NCBI GenBank assembly: GCA_964555845.1
Contig: CAZKUA010000006.1
Span: 8,215 to 72,214, forward strand
Direction: 5' to 3'
DNA: 64,000 nucleotides
Origin: an uncultured Candidatus Peribacteria bacterium
GTDB taxonomy: Bacteria > Patescibacteriota > Gracilibacteria > BD1-5 > UBA2023
A model generated the notes under the pieces. The model saw nothing but the letters and a program-made list of their open reading frames with translations. It searched no databases and was not told where the DNA came from. Made by a program: the position numbers and the translations under genes. Positions 1 to 11,199 of this stretch are shown one piece after another. How positions within the stretch are numbered: position 1 is the first letter of the stretch; the number at the start of each line of letters is the position of its first letter.

Positions 1-638
1 ATAACGTCTTGTAAATTAGAAAGTGGAACTTCTTGAGTAATGGTTTTTTCTCCATAAGCGTCAGCTGGAGCTATTGTTAAGGTCTTTTTTTCTCATAATT
101 TCATTCCCACAACTCCTGCATCAAATCATTTTATCATATTTCAAGCTCATACTTGAAATTCAAGTGGTTCATATTTTCTACCAGATGCTGGGTCGTAATT
201 TTTCATTTTTTTAGCAAATTCTTCAAGCGATGAATCAAAAATTGTACCATCTTCAAGTTTTCAAACATAATCAACTTTAACTGTATTTCAAGTTTGAACT
301 GTATCTCAAACAGGAGTTGAAGAAGGTGCAGAAGTAGTTTCTAGTCAAGTTGTAGAAGTTGCAACTCCTGAAACTTCTCAATTTTTTGGACTCTTTCAAT
401 TTCAGAAAAAATAAAATGCCAAAATTAAAATTAAAACAGCAACTCCAAAAATAGTATAAATTTTGTTAAATTTTACTTTTTTATCCATTACAGTTTCTAC
501 TTCTGTATTCTCAACTTTTGGCGTAACTTTTTTTACTTCTTTGGCTTTAATTTCTTTTGTTTCTACCTTTTTTGCAACCACTTTTTTCTTTGGCGCAACT
601 TTCTTTTTTGTATCCTTTGTAACTTTTTTAGCAACCAT
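1..638 (-). CDS. FKBP-type peptidyl-prolyl isomerase with Lys-rich N-terminus and one TM helix; C-terminus runs off the window
   Basis: Table-25 reading extends the 78-aa track ORF (402-638) into ...VKVDYVGKLEDGTIFDSS...GAGNMIKGFDAGVVGMKLGEKKTLTIAPADAYGE, an FKBP signature. Several conserved Gly are TGA. Confidence 0.8.
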
Positions 639-683
639 AAATATAATTAATTATTAATAAACTCAGTCATTTTATTTATTTTT

Positions 684-1667
684 TTATTTTTTCAAATTTA
701 AAATTTCTTTTTCTAGTGCAAGTCTTAGTGCATTTTCTCAATCTCAAATCAATTCTCCTGTTTTTGACTGTTTGTCTATTTTTAATAAATTAGCAAAAAG
801 AGACTTTAAAACTCAAATATTTCTAACATTTCTTGTCTTTTCTACTAGAAATGGATGAATTTTTAGAACACTCACTATTTCATCTTTTTTAAATCACTTT
901 TCAAGTAAAAAATTTATATACAAAAAATTCCTTAAATTAGACATTATAACAGAAAAGACTTGAAAAATACTATTGCTATCCAAAATTGTTTTTAGTGATG
1001 AAATTCACTTCATTGAATTTAGTTCTTGGATAGCATCAGTTAGCTCAAAAATTGATATTTCTATTTCTGGAATTACGTAATTTCTAATATCATCTTCTGT
1101 AATTCTATCATTCATCTTAAATAAATGAAGCTTATCAATTTCAGCTTCTATTTTATTTAGAGATGAATTTTTGTAATTTATTAGCTTCGAAATGGCACTG
1201 CTATCTATATTTATAAGTCTAGATCTGATATAATTTCTAAGCTCCTCTCACTCAATATTTTTATATTCTTTTACTTGAGCTGTTTCAAGTAATTTCTTAT
1301 AGAGAGATTTTCTCTTATCTGGCGCACTTTCGACAAAAACCAAAATATTATTATCTGGAATTTTGTCCAGATTTTCCAAAATAATTTCGTCAAAATTTTT
1401 GAATTCTTGTATTACTTTTGTACTATCTTCTGTCTTTTCTGTAGCTTTACTTGGAAATCATTCAAGAATAATTAATCTATGAGAACCCAAAAAGGGCATT
1501 GTAGTGAGTTCGGCTGAGATATTTATTTTAGAAATATTATCGCTTGAAAATCTAGAAATATTAAAATCTCAATGTTTTTCGGTAAAAAGAGAAATCCATT
1601 TTAAAAGATCTCTGTTTAGAAAAACCAGATTTTCTCATGTAAAAAATATTAGATTTGATTTTTTCAT
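684..1667 (-). CDS. holA: DNA polymerase III delta subunit-like, 327 aa
   Basis: Continuous table-25 ORF of 984 nt. Size and motifs (PFLGSHRLIILEG, ISIFELTDAI) resemble HolA. Its ATG lies 2 nt after the upstream gene's stop. Confidence 0.6.
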
Positions 1668-1669
1668 AA

Positions 1670-1939
1670 TTATTTCATTTTTCAAATTGCACAAGAAGTA
1701 TAACTAACAGCCTTTCTCATAAAACTTTTTGCAGCCTCAGATCAAACTTCTGGATAACCAAGTGAACAAAGTTTTTCAACTACAGTATTTCTGTCTCAAC
1801 TAAAATTATATTCAATAGATCAAGAGGGAATATCAATTGAAATGTCTGTAGCTCACAAGGCTTCTAGAGCTTTAGTAGCCGTATTTGCGCAACCTCAACA
1901 TTTAATATTTACAACCTGAATTTTTTGTAAAGTGTTCAT
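1670..1939 (-). CDS. Small heavy-metal-associated (HMA)-like protein, 89 aa
   Basis: N-terminal VVNIKCGGCANTATKALE resembles the MxCxxC metal-binding loop, with both Gly encoded by TGA. Length is divisible by 3. Confidence 0.5.
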
Positions 1940-1974
1940 AATATTTTATTTTAAAAAATAATATTTCCTATTAT

Positions 1975-3288
1975 ATGAATTATTTTAAATTTTCTAAATT
2001 TATTTTTGTTTTTGATTTTTTACTAAATAAGAATAAAATAAAAATTGCTTTATTTTTTAACTTCTTTTTTATGATACTATTTTCTTTTAAAAATAAGTTT
2101 ACAGAACTTAAATCAAAACTCACTCAAATGGCTCCAAATGAGCCAATAAGCAAACTTGCTTTTGTAGCGATAATTTTTCTGGATATTTTTATTTTGATTA
2201 CGATATTTACTTGACTTGAGGATCACACAAAACAACTGGCAACGCTCGAAGATTATATTCCTTATAATTGTCGTGATTTGGTTATAGGAGCTGACCAAAA
2301 AACCCCAGAAAATAAAGTAAATCTTTTGAAAAATTATGTAGTTTTTAATACTCCATTTGCGCCGAGCTCGTATGATTATAATCAAATTCCAATTTCTGAA
2401 ATTCATCCAGTTTGTGGGCAAATTAAGACTTATTTAGACGAGATAAATTTAAAAAATTCGGCTATTAATGATTTATATACTTCTTTAAATGAGCTTGAAC
2501 AAAAAAGAAATGTGATTCAAAATGAGCTCGATATTATTAAATCAAATTATGACACTCAAGTTTTAGAAAAAATTGCAAATATGGAGTCAGACGCGATTAA
2601 AACTCAACAGGAAAGATCCTCAAAAACAGACGAGCTCGCAAGTCTAGATAATGAAATAAAAAATATACAAACGACTATTTTGGCAAATGATAAATTTAAA
2701 GGAATTTGGGATTATATAATTTGAAATAATGCCGAAAAACAGAAGCTTTTAGAAAATGATTTTGCTATAGCGGAATTCTGGTATCCAATTAAAAAACTAT
2801 TTATGGAATTAGCATTTTTACTCCCGCTTTTTATAGTTTTCTGGATATGGAATTCTAGGAGTATCGCCAAAAATTCTTGAGTGCAAAGTCTTATTTCATC
2901 TCATCTTTTGGTTATTGCATTTATACCAATTTTTTGGAAAATTCTTGAAACTATTTTTGAGATAATTCCAAAAAGATTGATAGAAAAAATTCTAGAATTT
3001 TTAGTCTCATTTAAACTACTTGCTATTTGGTACTATATATTAGTTTTATTCTGAATTTTAGTGGGGATTGGGGTAATTTATATAATCCAAAAGAAGATAT
3101 TTTCTAGAGATAAATTAGATGAAAAAAGACTCTCAAACGGAGATTGTTGGAATTGCTGAAAACACTTACCACCTAATTCAATTTATTGTCCATTTTGCGG
3201 AGCCCATCAATTTAAAAACTGTCCAAAATGTAAAAAAGAAACTCCAAAAACATCAAAGTTTTGTACTATTTGTGGATTTAAATTTTAA
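1975..3288 (+). CDS. Membrane protein with coiled-coil segment and C-terminal double zinc ribbon, about 437 aa; start uncertain, alternative ATG at 2071
   Basis: Track ORFs 1975-2214 and 2278-2724 are in the same frame and join through TGA. The C-terminus is CWNCG...CPFCG...CPKC...CTICG. Confidence 0.6.
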
Positions 3289-3354
3289 ATAGTTTTGATT
3301 TTTACTTAAGTTGAATATACTTTTTCAAAAAGTTTATATTTTAAATATAAAATT

Positions 3355-3555
3355 ATGAATAATTATAATATTTTAATATCTCAAGAAGAGAAATATTTTG
3401 TTGTAAAAAATATTGATTTATGAATAGTTTCTCAATGAGAAAGTATTGATGACGCCTTGTTTAATATAAAAGAAGCCACTGAATTATTTTTGGAGAAAGA
3501 AAAAGAATATAAAAATGTCTATTCTAGGTCATTTTTAACAACTATTTCTGTGTAA
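3355..3555 (+). CDS. hicB: HicB-like antitoxin (UPF0150 type), 66 aa
   Basis: YFVVKNIDLGIVSQGESIDDALFNIKEATELFLE matches the HicB N-terminal domain pattern. The gene lies 1 nt upstream of hicA. Confidence 0.6.
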
Positions 3556-3556
3556 T

Positions 3557-3787
3557 ATGGTTAAATCAAATTATAAATATATTTCTTGAAAGGAATTTAT
3601 CAAAAAACTTAATGTTATTTTTTGAGTTGAAATTTTATCTCAAAAATGAAGTCATATCAAAATTAAATTAAAAAGTAATTGAATAAAAACTATTATTCCA
3701 AATCATAAAGAATTGGCTTATTGAACTTTTTCTTGAATTTTAAGTCAACTAAGAATTAATGAAGAAGAATTTTTAAAAATAATGTAA
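3557..3787 (+). CDS. hicA: HicA-like mRNA interferase toxin, 76 aa
   Basis: GKEFIKKL...GSHIKIKL...IIPNHKELAYGTFSGILSQL is the YcfA/HicA pattern. Confidence 0.7.
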
Positions 3788-3909
3788 ATTCTAAATTAAT
3801 CATTATCACAACATAAATTATAAAATTGTAAATACATTTGCTCTTGCCTTTTTAGTAATTTTTCGTATAAACTATATATTTATGGGATATTCTTTAATTT
3901 AAGGCTTAT

Positions 3910-4821
3910 ATGGTAAATAAAAAACCGGGGAATAATGGGAATTTAGGCGATGTTACTTGAGTAAATCAAGAATTATTAAATGCAGTAGAAGCCGAACAAA
4001 ATAAAACTGCTTTATTAATTCAGGATTTATTAAAAATGGCTGAAGATTATGAGAAAAGTATTTCTGAATCTACCGCACAAACTGCCGAACAAGTAGAAAA
4101 AACCAAGAAAACGGTGGAATTACTGCTTGATTTATCTGCAAAAATAACCAATCCAGACAATGATATTTGTGCTGATATTAGTAGTCAATCACTTCATGTA
4201 ATTGGAGAAGCAATCAAAAATCAGCAGTTTTTTGCATCTCAACTTATAGAAAAAAATCAAGAAATTACTAATTTAAAAATACAAACACAGGAATTGACTC
4301 ATAAGGCTTTTTATGATGAACTTACTTGACTAGGAAATAGACATTTATTCAAAAAAACTTTTCTTGCATTCAAGAATGATTTTGTAGAAAAATGACAAAT
4401 ATTTTCAATGGCAATGTTTGATTTAGATGATTTTAAACAAATAAATGATCAATATTCTCATGAGGTATGAGATAAGGCTTTGAATTTTTTTAGTAATAGA
4501 CTAAGGGATTTTTTCTCTGAAAAACTTTGAGAGAAATGAATTTTATTAAGATTATGATGAGAAGAATTTGGTGTATTATCTCAGATCTGAAAAAAAGAGA
4601 TGTATAATTTAATGGAATCTTTTAGAAAAAAAGCTAGTAAAACATATGAATTAAAGCACAAAAAACCTTGAGAGCCAGAAGAAAAAGAGCAAATAAAATT
4701 AACTTTTTCTTGATGAGTAGTTGAATTTAAAGATAAATTAAGTGCAAATCAAATTCATAAAGAGTGTGGCGAAAAATTAAAAGAAGCTAAAAAGAAATGA
4801 AAAAATGTTATTATCAAATAA
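3910..4821 (+). CDS. GGDEF-domain diguanylate cyclase with coiled-coil N-terminus, 303 aa
   Basis: Motifs DELTGLGNR, FDLDDFKQINDQYSHEVGDKAL and RLGGEEFGV are present. The GG of GGEEF is tga tga at 4555-4560. I counted 13 in-frame TGA. Confidence 0.85.
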
Positions 4822-4892
4822 TTTTTTTGATTTTAAAAATTTGACAATAAAGAGAAAACTTATACTCTAAATAAAAATTTAATAAAATATTT

Positions 4893-5900
4893 ATGCCTTC
4901 CTCCCATAAAAAAACACATGGATTATTTGCTGTAACAGTCGCTATAATCTGAAATTTTATCATAATGATTCTTAAATTTATCTGATTTTTTTTATCAGGC
5001 TCTGGAGTTTTATTTTCTGAAGCAATTCATAGTGTCGCTGATACTTCAAACCAAGTCTTGCTTATGGTGGGACTCAAAAAATCCAGAAAAAAAGCAGATG
5101 CGAATTTCTCTTATTGATATTGAAAAGAAAGATTTTTCCGGGCGATTTTATCAGCTTGTGGGATATTTTTTATATGAGCCGGGGTTACCGTTTACCACTC
5201 CATAGAAAATTTCCTACATCCAATTATTATTGAAAATTCATTTTATGTTTTAATAATTTTAGCTATATCTTTTATTGTAGAATCTATAACTTTATTGATA
5301 GCTATAATTTCAGTTTATGATAGGCAAGACTGATTACTAGAAAGTATAAAAGAGGCAGATAATGCTTCAAAAGCAGTAATACTTGAAGATTCAGTTGCTG
5401 TATTTTGAGTTTTAATAGCTTTTGTGAGTATTTTACTTACAAATTTAACAGGAAAAACTTATTTTGATTCAATTTGATCTTTGATAATTTGAATTTTGCT
5501 TTGAATTGTGGCAATTATTTTGATTATGGAAAATAAAAGTTATCTTCTTGGAAGAGGAATAGATGAGGAATTAAAAGAAGATATAATTGAAACCATAAAA
5601 ACAGATAATTTAATAGAAAAAATTATAGATTTTAAATCAGAAGTAATCGATATAGATTGTTATATTATCAAAGTAGAAGCAGAATTTAATGGATCTTCAC
5701 TGATGAGAGAAATAAATCATAATTGATTTTTTCAAGATGAGTATGAATATATAAAAGAAGATTACAATGAATTTTTAAAATTTTGTGTAGATTATGCTGA
5801 TAGAATTCCTAGAATTATTGGTAAAAGAATTGACGCCCTAGAAAAAAATATCAAAGAAAAACATCCAGAAATTAAACATATTGATATTGAGTTGAATTAG
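4893..5900 (+). CDS. Cation diffusion facilitator (CDF) family metal efflux transporter, 335 aa
   Basis: About six TM helices, the motif SEAIHSVADTSNQ, and a C-terminal cytoplasmic domain. The frame matches track ORF 5508-5726. Confidence 0.8.
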
Positions 5901-5906
5901 AAAAAA

Positions 5907-5936
5907 TTGACTTTTCTCAAAAAAAATAGATAATAT
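5907..5936 (+). promoter_or_regulatory. Candidate sigma70-type promoter upstream of the histidine kinase
   Basis: TTGACT (5907-5912), 17-18 nt spacer, then ATAATA/TAATAT. Confidence 0.35.
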
Positions 5937-6079
5937 AACTCTTCGTTAAAAACGAATGAAATTATATAAAAACAAATATTATGAAAAGGAGGGTGTTCTT
6001 TAACATAATATTTTTTATTTAATATAGATTTTTCCAAAGATTATAAAATATAAAAATATATAAAAATTAACTCTTTTAT

Positions 6080-6084
6080 GGAGG
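6080..6084 (+). promoter_or_regulatory. Strong Shine-Dalgarno site (GGAGG) 7 nt before the ATG at 6092
   Basis: Sequence tatGGAGGtacgaaaATG. Most neighbouring native genes have no comparable SD. Confidence 0.7.
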
Positions 6085-6091
6085 TACGAAA

Positions 6092-7666
6092 ATGAAGAAT
6101 CAAGGGAATTTGATACCCATTAATGATTCAAAAACAAGTAGTTTTCTCTCCATAACCCAGACAATACTTTTGTGGTCTTTTTTGATTGTAGGTTTTGCTG
6201 GATGGGAGGCATACCACGCTTATCAATTTAATATAGAAAATGCCCTGGACGTCGCTCGTGATAGCCATAATAAAGATTTGGCTTACAGGCGTTGGGGAAA
6301 TGAGATTGGTGGGGTTTATGTACAAGTTACAGAAAAAACCCAACCAAATCCACTGCTTTCCGGGGTTCCAGAAAGGGATATTATAACTCCTTCTGGCAAG
6401 CATCTTACATTAATGAATCCTGCTTATATGATTCGTAAAGTGTATGATGCAAACAAGGAAAGTTATGGTCTTTTGGGTCACATAACTAGCCTCAATCCAA
6501 TTCGTAAGGAGAATGCTCCCGATAGCTGGGAAACAACTGTTTTACAAAAGTTTGAAAAAGGCGATATTAAGGAATATTTCTCTAAAGAATATATTGGAAA
6601 TGAGGAATATCTCCGGTATATGCGACCAATATTGGTTGATACAAAATGCCTCAAATGTCATGCAAAACAAGGATACAAAGCTGGAGATATTCGTGGTGGC
6701 ACAAGCATTTCTGTACCATTAAAGCCATATAAACTCAAATTCCTTAAGAATTTATTTTGGATAATCTCCCTTTATGGGATAATTCTGGTATTGGGTATAA
6801 TGTACATAACATTGTGTCATAAAAAATCTCTGCAAAATACCAGAATTCGCAAGGAATTTGAACAAAAACAGCAAAAACTCGAAGAAAGACTTCATAAAAT
6901 CCAAAAGCTCGAAAGTCTTGGGGTTTTGGCTGGAGGCATAGCTCATGATTTCAATAATATTTTGATGGTAATTTATGGGAATTGTGATATGATTACTATG
7001 CATCCAGATCCATCACTCACAAGTGAACGAGTTTGTCAGATAAGGCATGCTGCAAAGCGAGCATCTGAAATTTGTAAAAATATGCTTGCCTGTACTGGTA
7101 AGGGTTCAATTAAGAAAAAAAAGATAGATTTGGTGAGGCTGGTTAATGACACTATTGATCTTCTGAAGCCAAAGATAGAGATTAACATTTCTCTTAATTT
7201 CACTCAAAATCCAGAGCCACTTTACACTAACGGCGATATTGATCAGATTCAAGAAGTAATTATGAATTTGATTATAAATGCTATAGAGGCCATTGGTGAG
7301 AATAAGGGCCAAATTACCGTAAGACTCACCCAAAATGGTTTTTCGGGTAAAGACTATTTTGAAGAAGATATTTCGCCCGAGAAATATATATGTATGGAAG
7401 TATCAGACACAGGATGTGGAATGGATGAAGAAGCTCAAAAACGCATCTTTGAACCATTCTATACTACCAAATTCACAGGCCGGGGACTTGGAATATCTGC
7501 AACACTTGGAATTATTAAGCTGCATAATGGCACTTTACAGTTGCTTAGTAGACCAGGTGTTGGCACGACCTTCAGGATTTATCTTCCTGCTTTACAAGAA
7601 GATGAAAAACTTGTGGTCAAGACTAATTCTATAGTGGAGTCAAAGTCCAACAAAAAAATCAAATAA
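6092..7666 (+). CDS. Sensor histidine kinase: N-terminal TM, periplasmic DUF3365-like domain with c-type heme motif CLKCH, TM, HisKA (AHDFNN), HATPase_c; 524 aa
   Basis: Intact ORF even in the standard code, with no in-frame TGA. By my count all 38 Gly are GGN. Visibly higher G+C than the flanks; TAA stop. Confidence 0.9.
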   Translation: MKNQGNLIPINDSKTSSFLSITQTILLWSFLIVGFAGWEAYHAYQFNIENALDVARDSHNKDLAYRRWGNEIGGVYVQVTEKTQPNPLLSGVPERDIITPSGKHLTLMNPAYMIRKVYDANKESYGLLGHITSLNPIRKENAPDSWETTVLQKFEKGDIKEYFSKEYIGNEEYLRYMRPILVDTKCLKCHAKQGYKAGDIRGGTSISVPLKPYKLKFLKNLFWIISLYGIILVLGIMYITLCHKKSLQNTRIRKEFEQKQQKLEERLHKIQKLESLGVLAGGIAHDFNNILMVIYGNCDMITMHPDPSLTSERVCQIRHAAKRASEICKNMLACTGKGSIKKKKIDLVRLVNDTIDLLKPKIEINISLNFTQNPEPLYTNGDIDQIQEVIMNLIINAIEAIGENKGQITVRLTQNGFSGKDYFEEDISPEKYICMEVSDTGCGMDEEAQKRIFEPFYTTKFTGRGLGISATLGIIKLHNGTLQLLSRPGVGTTFRIYLPALQEDEKLVVKTNSIVESKSNKKIK

Positions 7667-7688
7667 AAAATATTATGCCAGAATAATT

Positions 7689-7714
7689 AAAGAGCCGCGC
7701 TTGCACGGCTCTTT
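7689..7714. terminator. GC-rich bidirectional rho-independent terminator between convergent genes
   Basis: aaagagccg-cgcttgca-cggctcttt, a 9-bp stem flanked by A/T runs. Confidence 0.75.
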
Positions 7715-7718
7715 AAAT

Positions 7719-8630
7719 TTATCAAATATTATTTCAAGAATTATTTCAGACATAATAATAAGCATATCCTGTAAATCCATCTTTTACACTTCAGCCTGGA
7801 ATATTTTTAAATTTTCAATAATAAAATCAATCTTTCGTTACAATTTCTACATGTCCATAATCTCTTCTTGCTCAACTTCAATATCATTTATTATAAACAA
7901 GAATTGCTCCGGGATTAGCCTCACGAGGATCTGAAATTCGTACTTTAATAAAATCAGAACGGTTTTCTAAAAATTCATCCCATTTATGTCAGTCTCTTCA
8001 ATTTTCAGGAAGTCATTTTATTCAAAAGGCAATTAAAGCATCTCATACACTTGCCCCACAGGCATTTCGCCCCTTTGCTTTGTATCTTTCTTTTACTATA
8101 AAATCCGATAAAGAAGTACAACTATAGGTATTTTTAGAATTTGAAATGGATTTTTTTACCTCAATTTTATTTATTGCTTGGTTATTTATATTACTTTGAT
8201 TACCAAATAAAACTGTTTGAGTTTCTTTATCACAAATTCAAGTTGGTAATAATTTATTTTCCTTTTGAAATCTTATAAGAGTTTCAATAGTTTTTCTTCA
8301 AAAAATATTATCTTCTTTTAAATTTGTTTTTAGTTTTTGATTTAATGAAGCTTGTAAATCTTTTATGGTTTTATTAATTACACCAAGCTGTTTTATGTTT
8401 CTATTTTCAAAATCAGTTTCTATAGAATTATGAAGCTCTTGTTTTTTATTTTGAGTTTCAAATATTACATCTTGTTTTTCTGGAATATAAATTTGTAAAT
8501 CTCAAGCAGTTTGGGAAGTATTTTTTACTTCTTCCTTAGATACTTCTTGTTTTTCCTCTTTTTTTGGCATTCAAATTGCAAATTTCTCATAATTATAGTG
8601 ACTTCAATCATTTAATCCTATTCTTACCAT
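7719..8630 (-). CDS. Cell-wall hydrolase: peptidoglycan-binding repeat plus CHAP/NlpC-P60-like cysteine peptidase, 303 aa
   Basis: TIETLIRFQKENKLLPTGICDKETQ is PG_binding-like. NACGASVGDAL (Cys) and YGHVEIV (His) fit a CHAP peptidase. The frame was checked at 8045. Confidence 0.65.
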
Positions 8631-8753
8631 AAATAAAATTTAGTAATAATAAATTAATTTTAACATATTTTTCAATAAAAATCAAAAATCCAACTTTTTT
8701 TTCACTTTTTAGAATTTTTGGATAGAATGGAGGAAATTAATTATTTATAAATT

Positions 8754-9794
8754 ATGTACAAGCTAATAACTCAAGATTATTTACCATTTTTAGATATTTT
8801 CTCAGAAGAAAAACCGGAGTTTTTATTGCCTTTTTTTGAGTCAAAAACAATGCAGAGATTATCAGATATTTCTCAGAATTGTGGGACAGAATATTGTAGG
8901 TTTTTTGAATATACTTTCAACGAATCTCGCCTAGAACATTCTTTATGAGTTGCACTAATTATTTGGCATTTTACAAAAGATAAAAAACAAACTTTAGCAG
9001 GATTTTTTCATGATATTTCTAATACTGTTTTTTCTCATGTTGGGGATTATTTACTCTGAGATAAGGAAAATCAAGAATCATCAGAGCAATATACAACAAA
9101 ATTAATCACAGAAGATGAGGTAATTATGAGAGAATTAAAGAAATTAGGGATTACAGTTGCAGAAGTTGAAGATTATAAAATTTATACTATTGCAGACAAT
9201 CCCGGGCCTCAATTATCATCGGATAGATTAGAATATACTTTATCTTCTGGAAGTAGACTTTGGAATATGGAATTAGTTGAATTAAAAGAAATGTACGATG
9301 ACTTAGAAATTTTTACAAATGAAAAACAAGAACAAGAAATAGGATTTAAAACAAAGGAATTATGAGAAAAATTTTGATTACTTTCTCTTCAAAATGATTC
9401 TGGATGTTTTTCTAGTTACGAGTCAGCGAGTTCTATGTCTTTTTTATCAGAAATTCTAGCCTATATGCTAAAACAAAAAATGATAAAACCAATGGATTTA
9501 TATACTCTCACAGATTCTCTAATTATTTCTATAATGGAAAGTAATGCAGACTCAAAATTATCAGAAATGTGGAATTTTTACAAAAATTTATCTTCTTATA
9601 AAATTGAAAAAATCAAACCAAAAACTAATAAATATTTTGTAACTTCAAAAGTAAAAAGAAGATTTATAGATCCATTAATTCAGACTAATACTTGACCAAA
9701 AAGATTATCCGAATTATCACCCATTTTTGTAGATAAAAGAGATTACCATCTCAGCCAAAGGGAAGAATGGGTTAGATTGGATTATGAGATTTAG
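8754..9794 (+). CDS. HD-domain phosphohydrolase-like protein, 346 aa
   Basis: Three track ORFs (8754, 9126, 9435) share a frame and join through TGA. Contains EHSLGVALI...FFHDISNTVFSH. Confidence 0.6.
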
Positions 9795-9819
9795 TTTTAT
9801 TTTTTAACTTTTAAAAACT

Positions 9820-10428
9820 ATGATAGTTTTAGATATTGAGACATCTGGGGCGGACCCATATAAGAATTCCATAGTGAGCGTATGAGCTTTGGAATTGGAA
9901 AATCCTTTAAATCAGTTTTATGGGGAATGTAGGATAATTAGCTGAGATGAAATTCAGGAGAGAGCCTTGGAGGTGAATTGATTTACGGTGGAACAAATTA
10001 CAGATATTACAAAAATTACAGTGAGTGAACTAATTTTAGAATTTATGAATTGGTCGGCCTTCATAAAAGACCAGACAATTTGAGGACATAATGTTGGATA
10101 TTTTGATTTGAGATTTCTAGAAGTAAATTGAGACAGAACATGAACAAAACATAATTTTTGACTAGTAAATGGAAATTATAAAACACTTGATTTACATACT
10201 GTTTCTTATGAATATCACAAAAGGAAATGACTAGTTATTCCTTATAAAAATAATTTATCATCTCTAAATCTAGATACTATTTTAGGTACAGTATGACTAC
10301 CTACAGAGCCAAGACCTCACAATGCACTTAACGGAGCAAAATATGAAGCCGAAGCATTTTCTAGATATTTTTATGGTAAAAAATTATTACCAGAATTTGA
10401 GAAATATGATATTCCTGAGGGATTTTAA
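9820..10428 (+). CDS. DEDDh 3'-5' exonuclease (DnaQ-like), 202 aa
   Basis: Motifs LDIETSG, GHNVGYFDLRFL and HNALNGAKYEAEAF. Confidence 0.75.
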
Positions 10429-10512
10429 ATTTTTCTTTATTTTTTCCATTTTTTTATTTTTTGATTAGAATATAGTCTATTCTAGATTTTTTATCTATTT
10501 AAATTAATTATT

Positions 10513-11172
10513 ATGAACGATATTATTAATAACACAATAAGTCTTGTTAAGACTGAACTTGAATGACTTTGTAGCGCTCATGATTTTTATCATATTGAGC
10601 GCGTTTGGAAGTTAGCGAAAAAAATTTATGCAAAAGAAAAAATGTGAGATCTTTTAGTTATAGAGCTTGGAGCTTTACTTCATGAATCTTTTGACAGAAA
10701 ATTTTATAATAAAGAACAACTTGAGGATAAGAAAATTTCACTTGAAAAATTTTTTTCTGAACAATGACTTGATAAGGACAGAATTGAAAAAGTATTTTTT
10801 GTTATAAAAAATGTTGGATTTGGAAAAAGTCTTATTAGAACTAAGGATTTTATTATAACTCCAGAATTTGCTGTTGTAGAAGATGCTGATAGATTAGAGG
10901 CAATATGAGCAATTGCAATAGCTCGCACATTTTCATATTGAGGGAAAAAACAACGCCCAATTCATGATCCAAATATTGATTATGCAGAACTAGTAACAGA
11001 AGAATCTTACAATAATGGCTCGCCAAGTTCTGTAGCTCATTTTTATGAAAAATTATTAAAATTAAAAGATATATTAAATACTCCAACTGCTAAAGAGCTA
11101 GCTATGAAGCGCCATATTTTTATGGAGCAATTTCTAAAACAATTTTACGCAGAATGGGATTTGGAAGTATAA
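10513..11172 (+). CDS. HD-domain metal-dependent phosphohydrolase (YedJ-like), 219 aa
   Basis: Motifs HDFYHIERV, GALLHE and VVEDADRLEAIGAIAIAR. Confidence 0.75.
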
Positions 11173-11199
11173 TTTAAACTTAACAAAAAAACAACAAAA

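Noticed and set aside
5981-6022. 13-aa leader-peptide ORF (MKRRVFFNIIFFI) with an AAGGAGGG-like sequence upstream of the kinase
   Set aside because: It is too short and unsupported. The GGAGGG lies inside the ORF itself rather than upstream of a start. It may simply mark the edge of the GC-richer insert.
6513-7634. Alternative-frame ORFs 6513-6722 and 7335-7634 inside the kinase gene
   Set aside because: They are embedded in the 524-aa kinase ORF, whose HisKA and HATPase motifs define the true frame.
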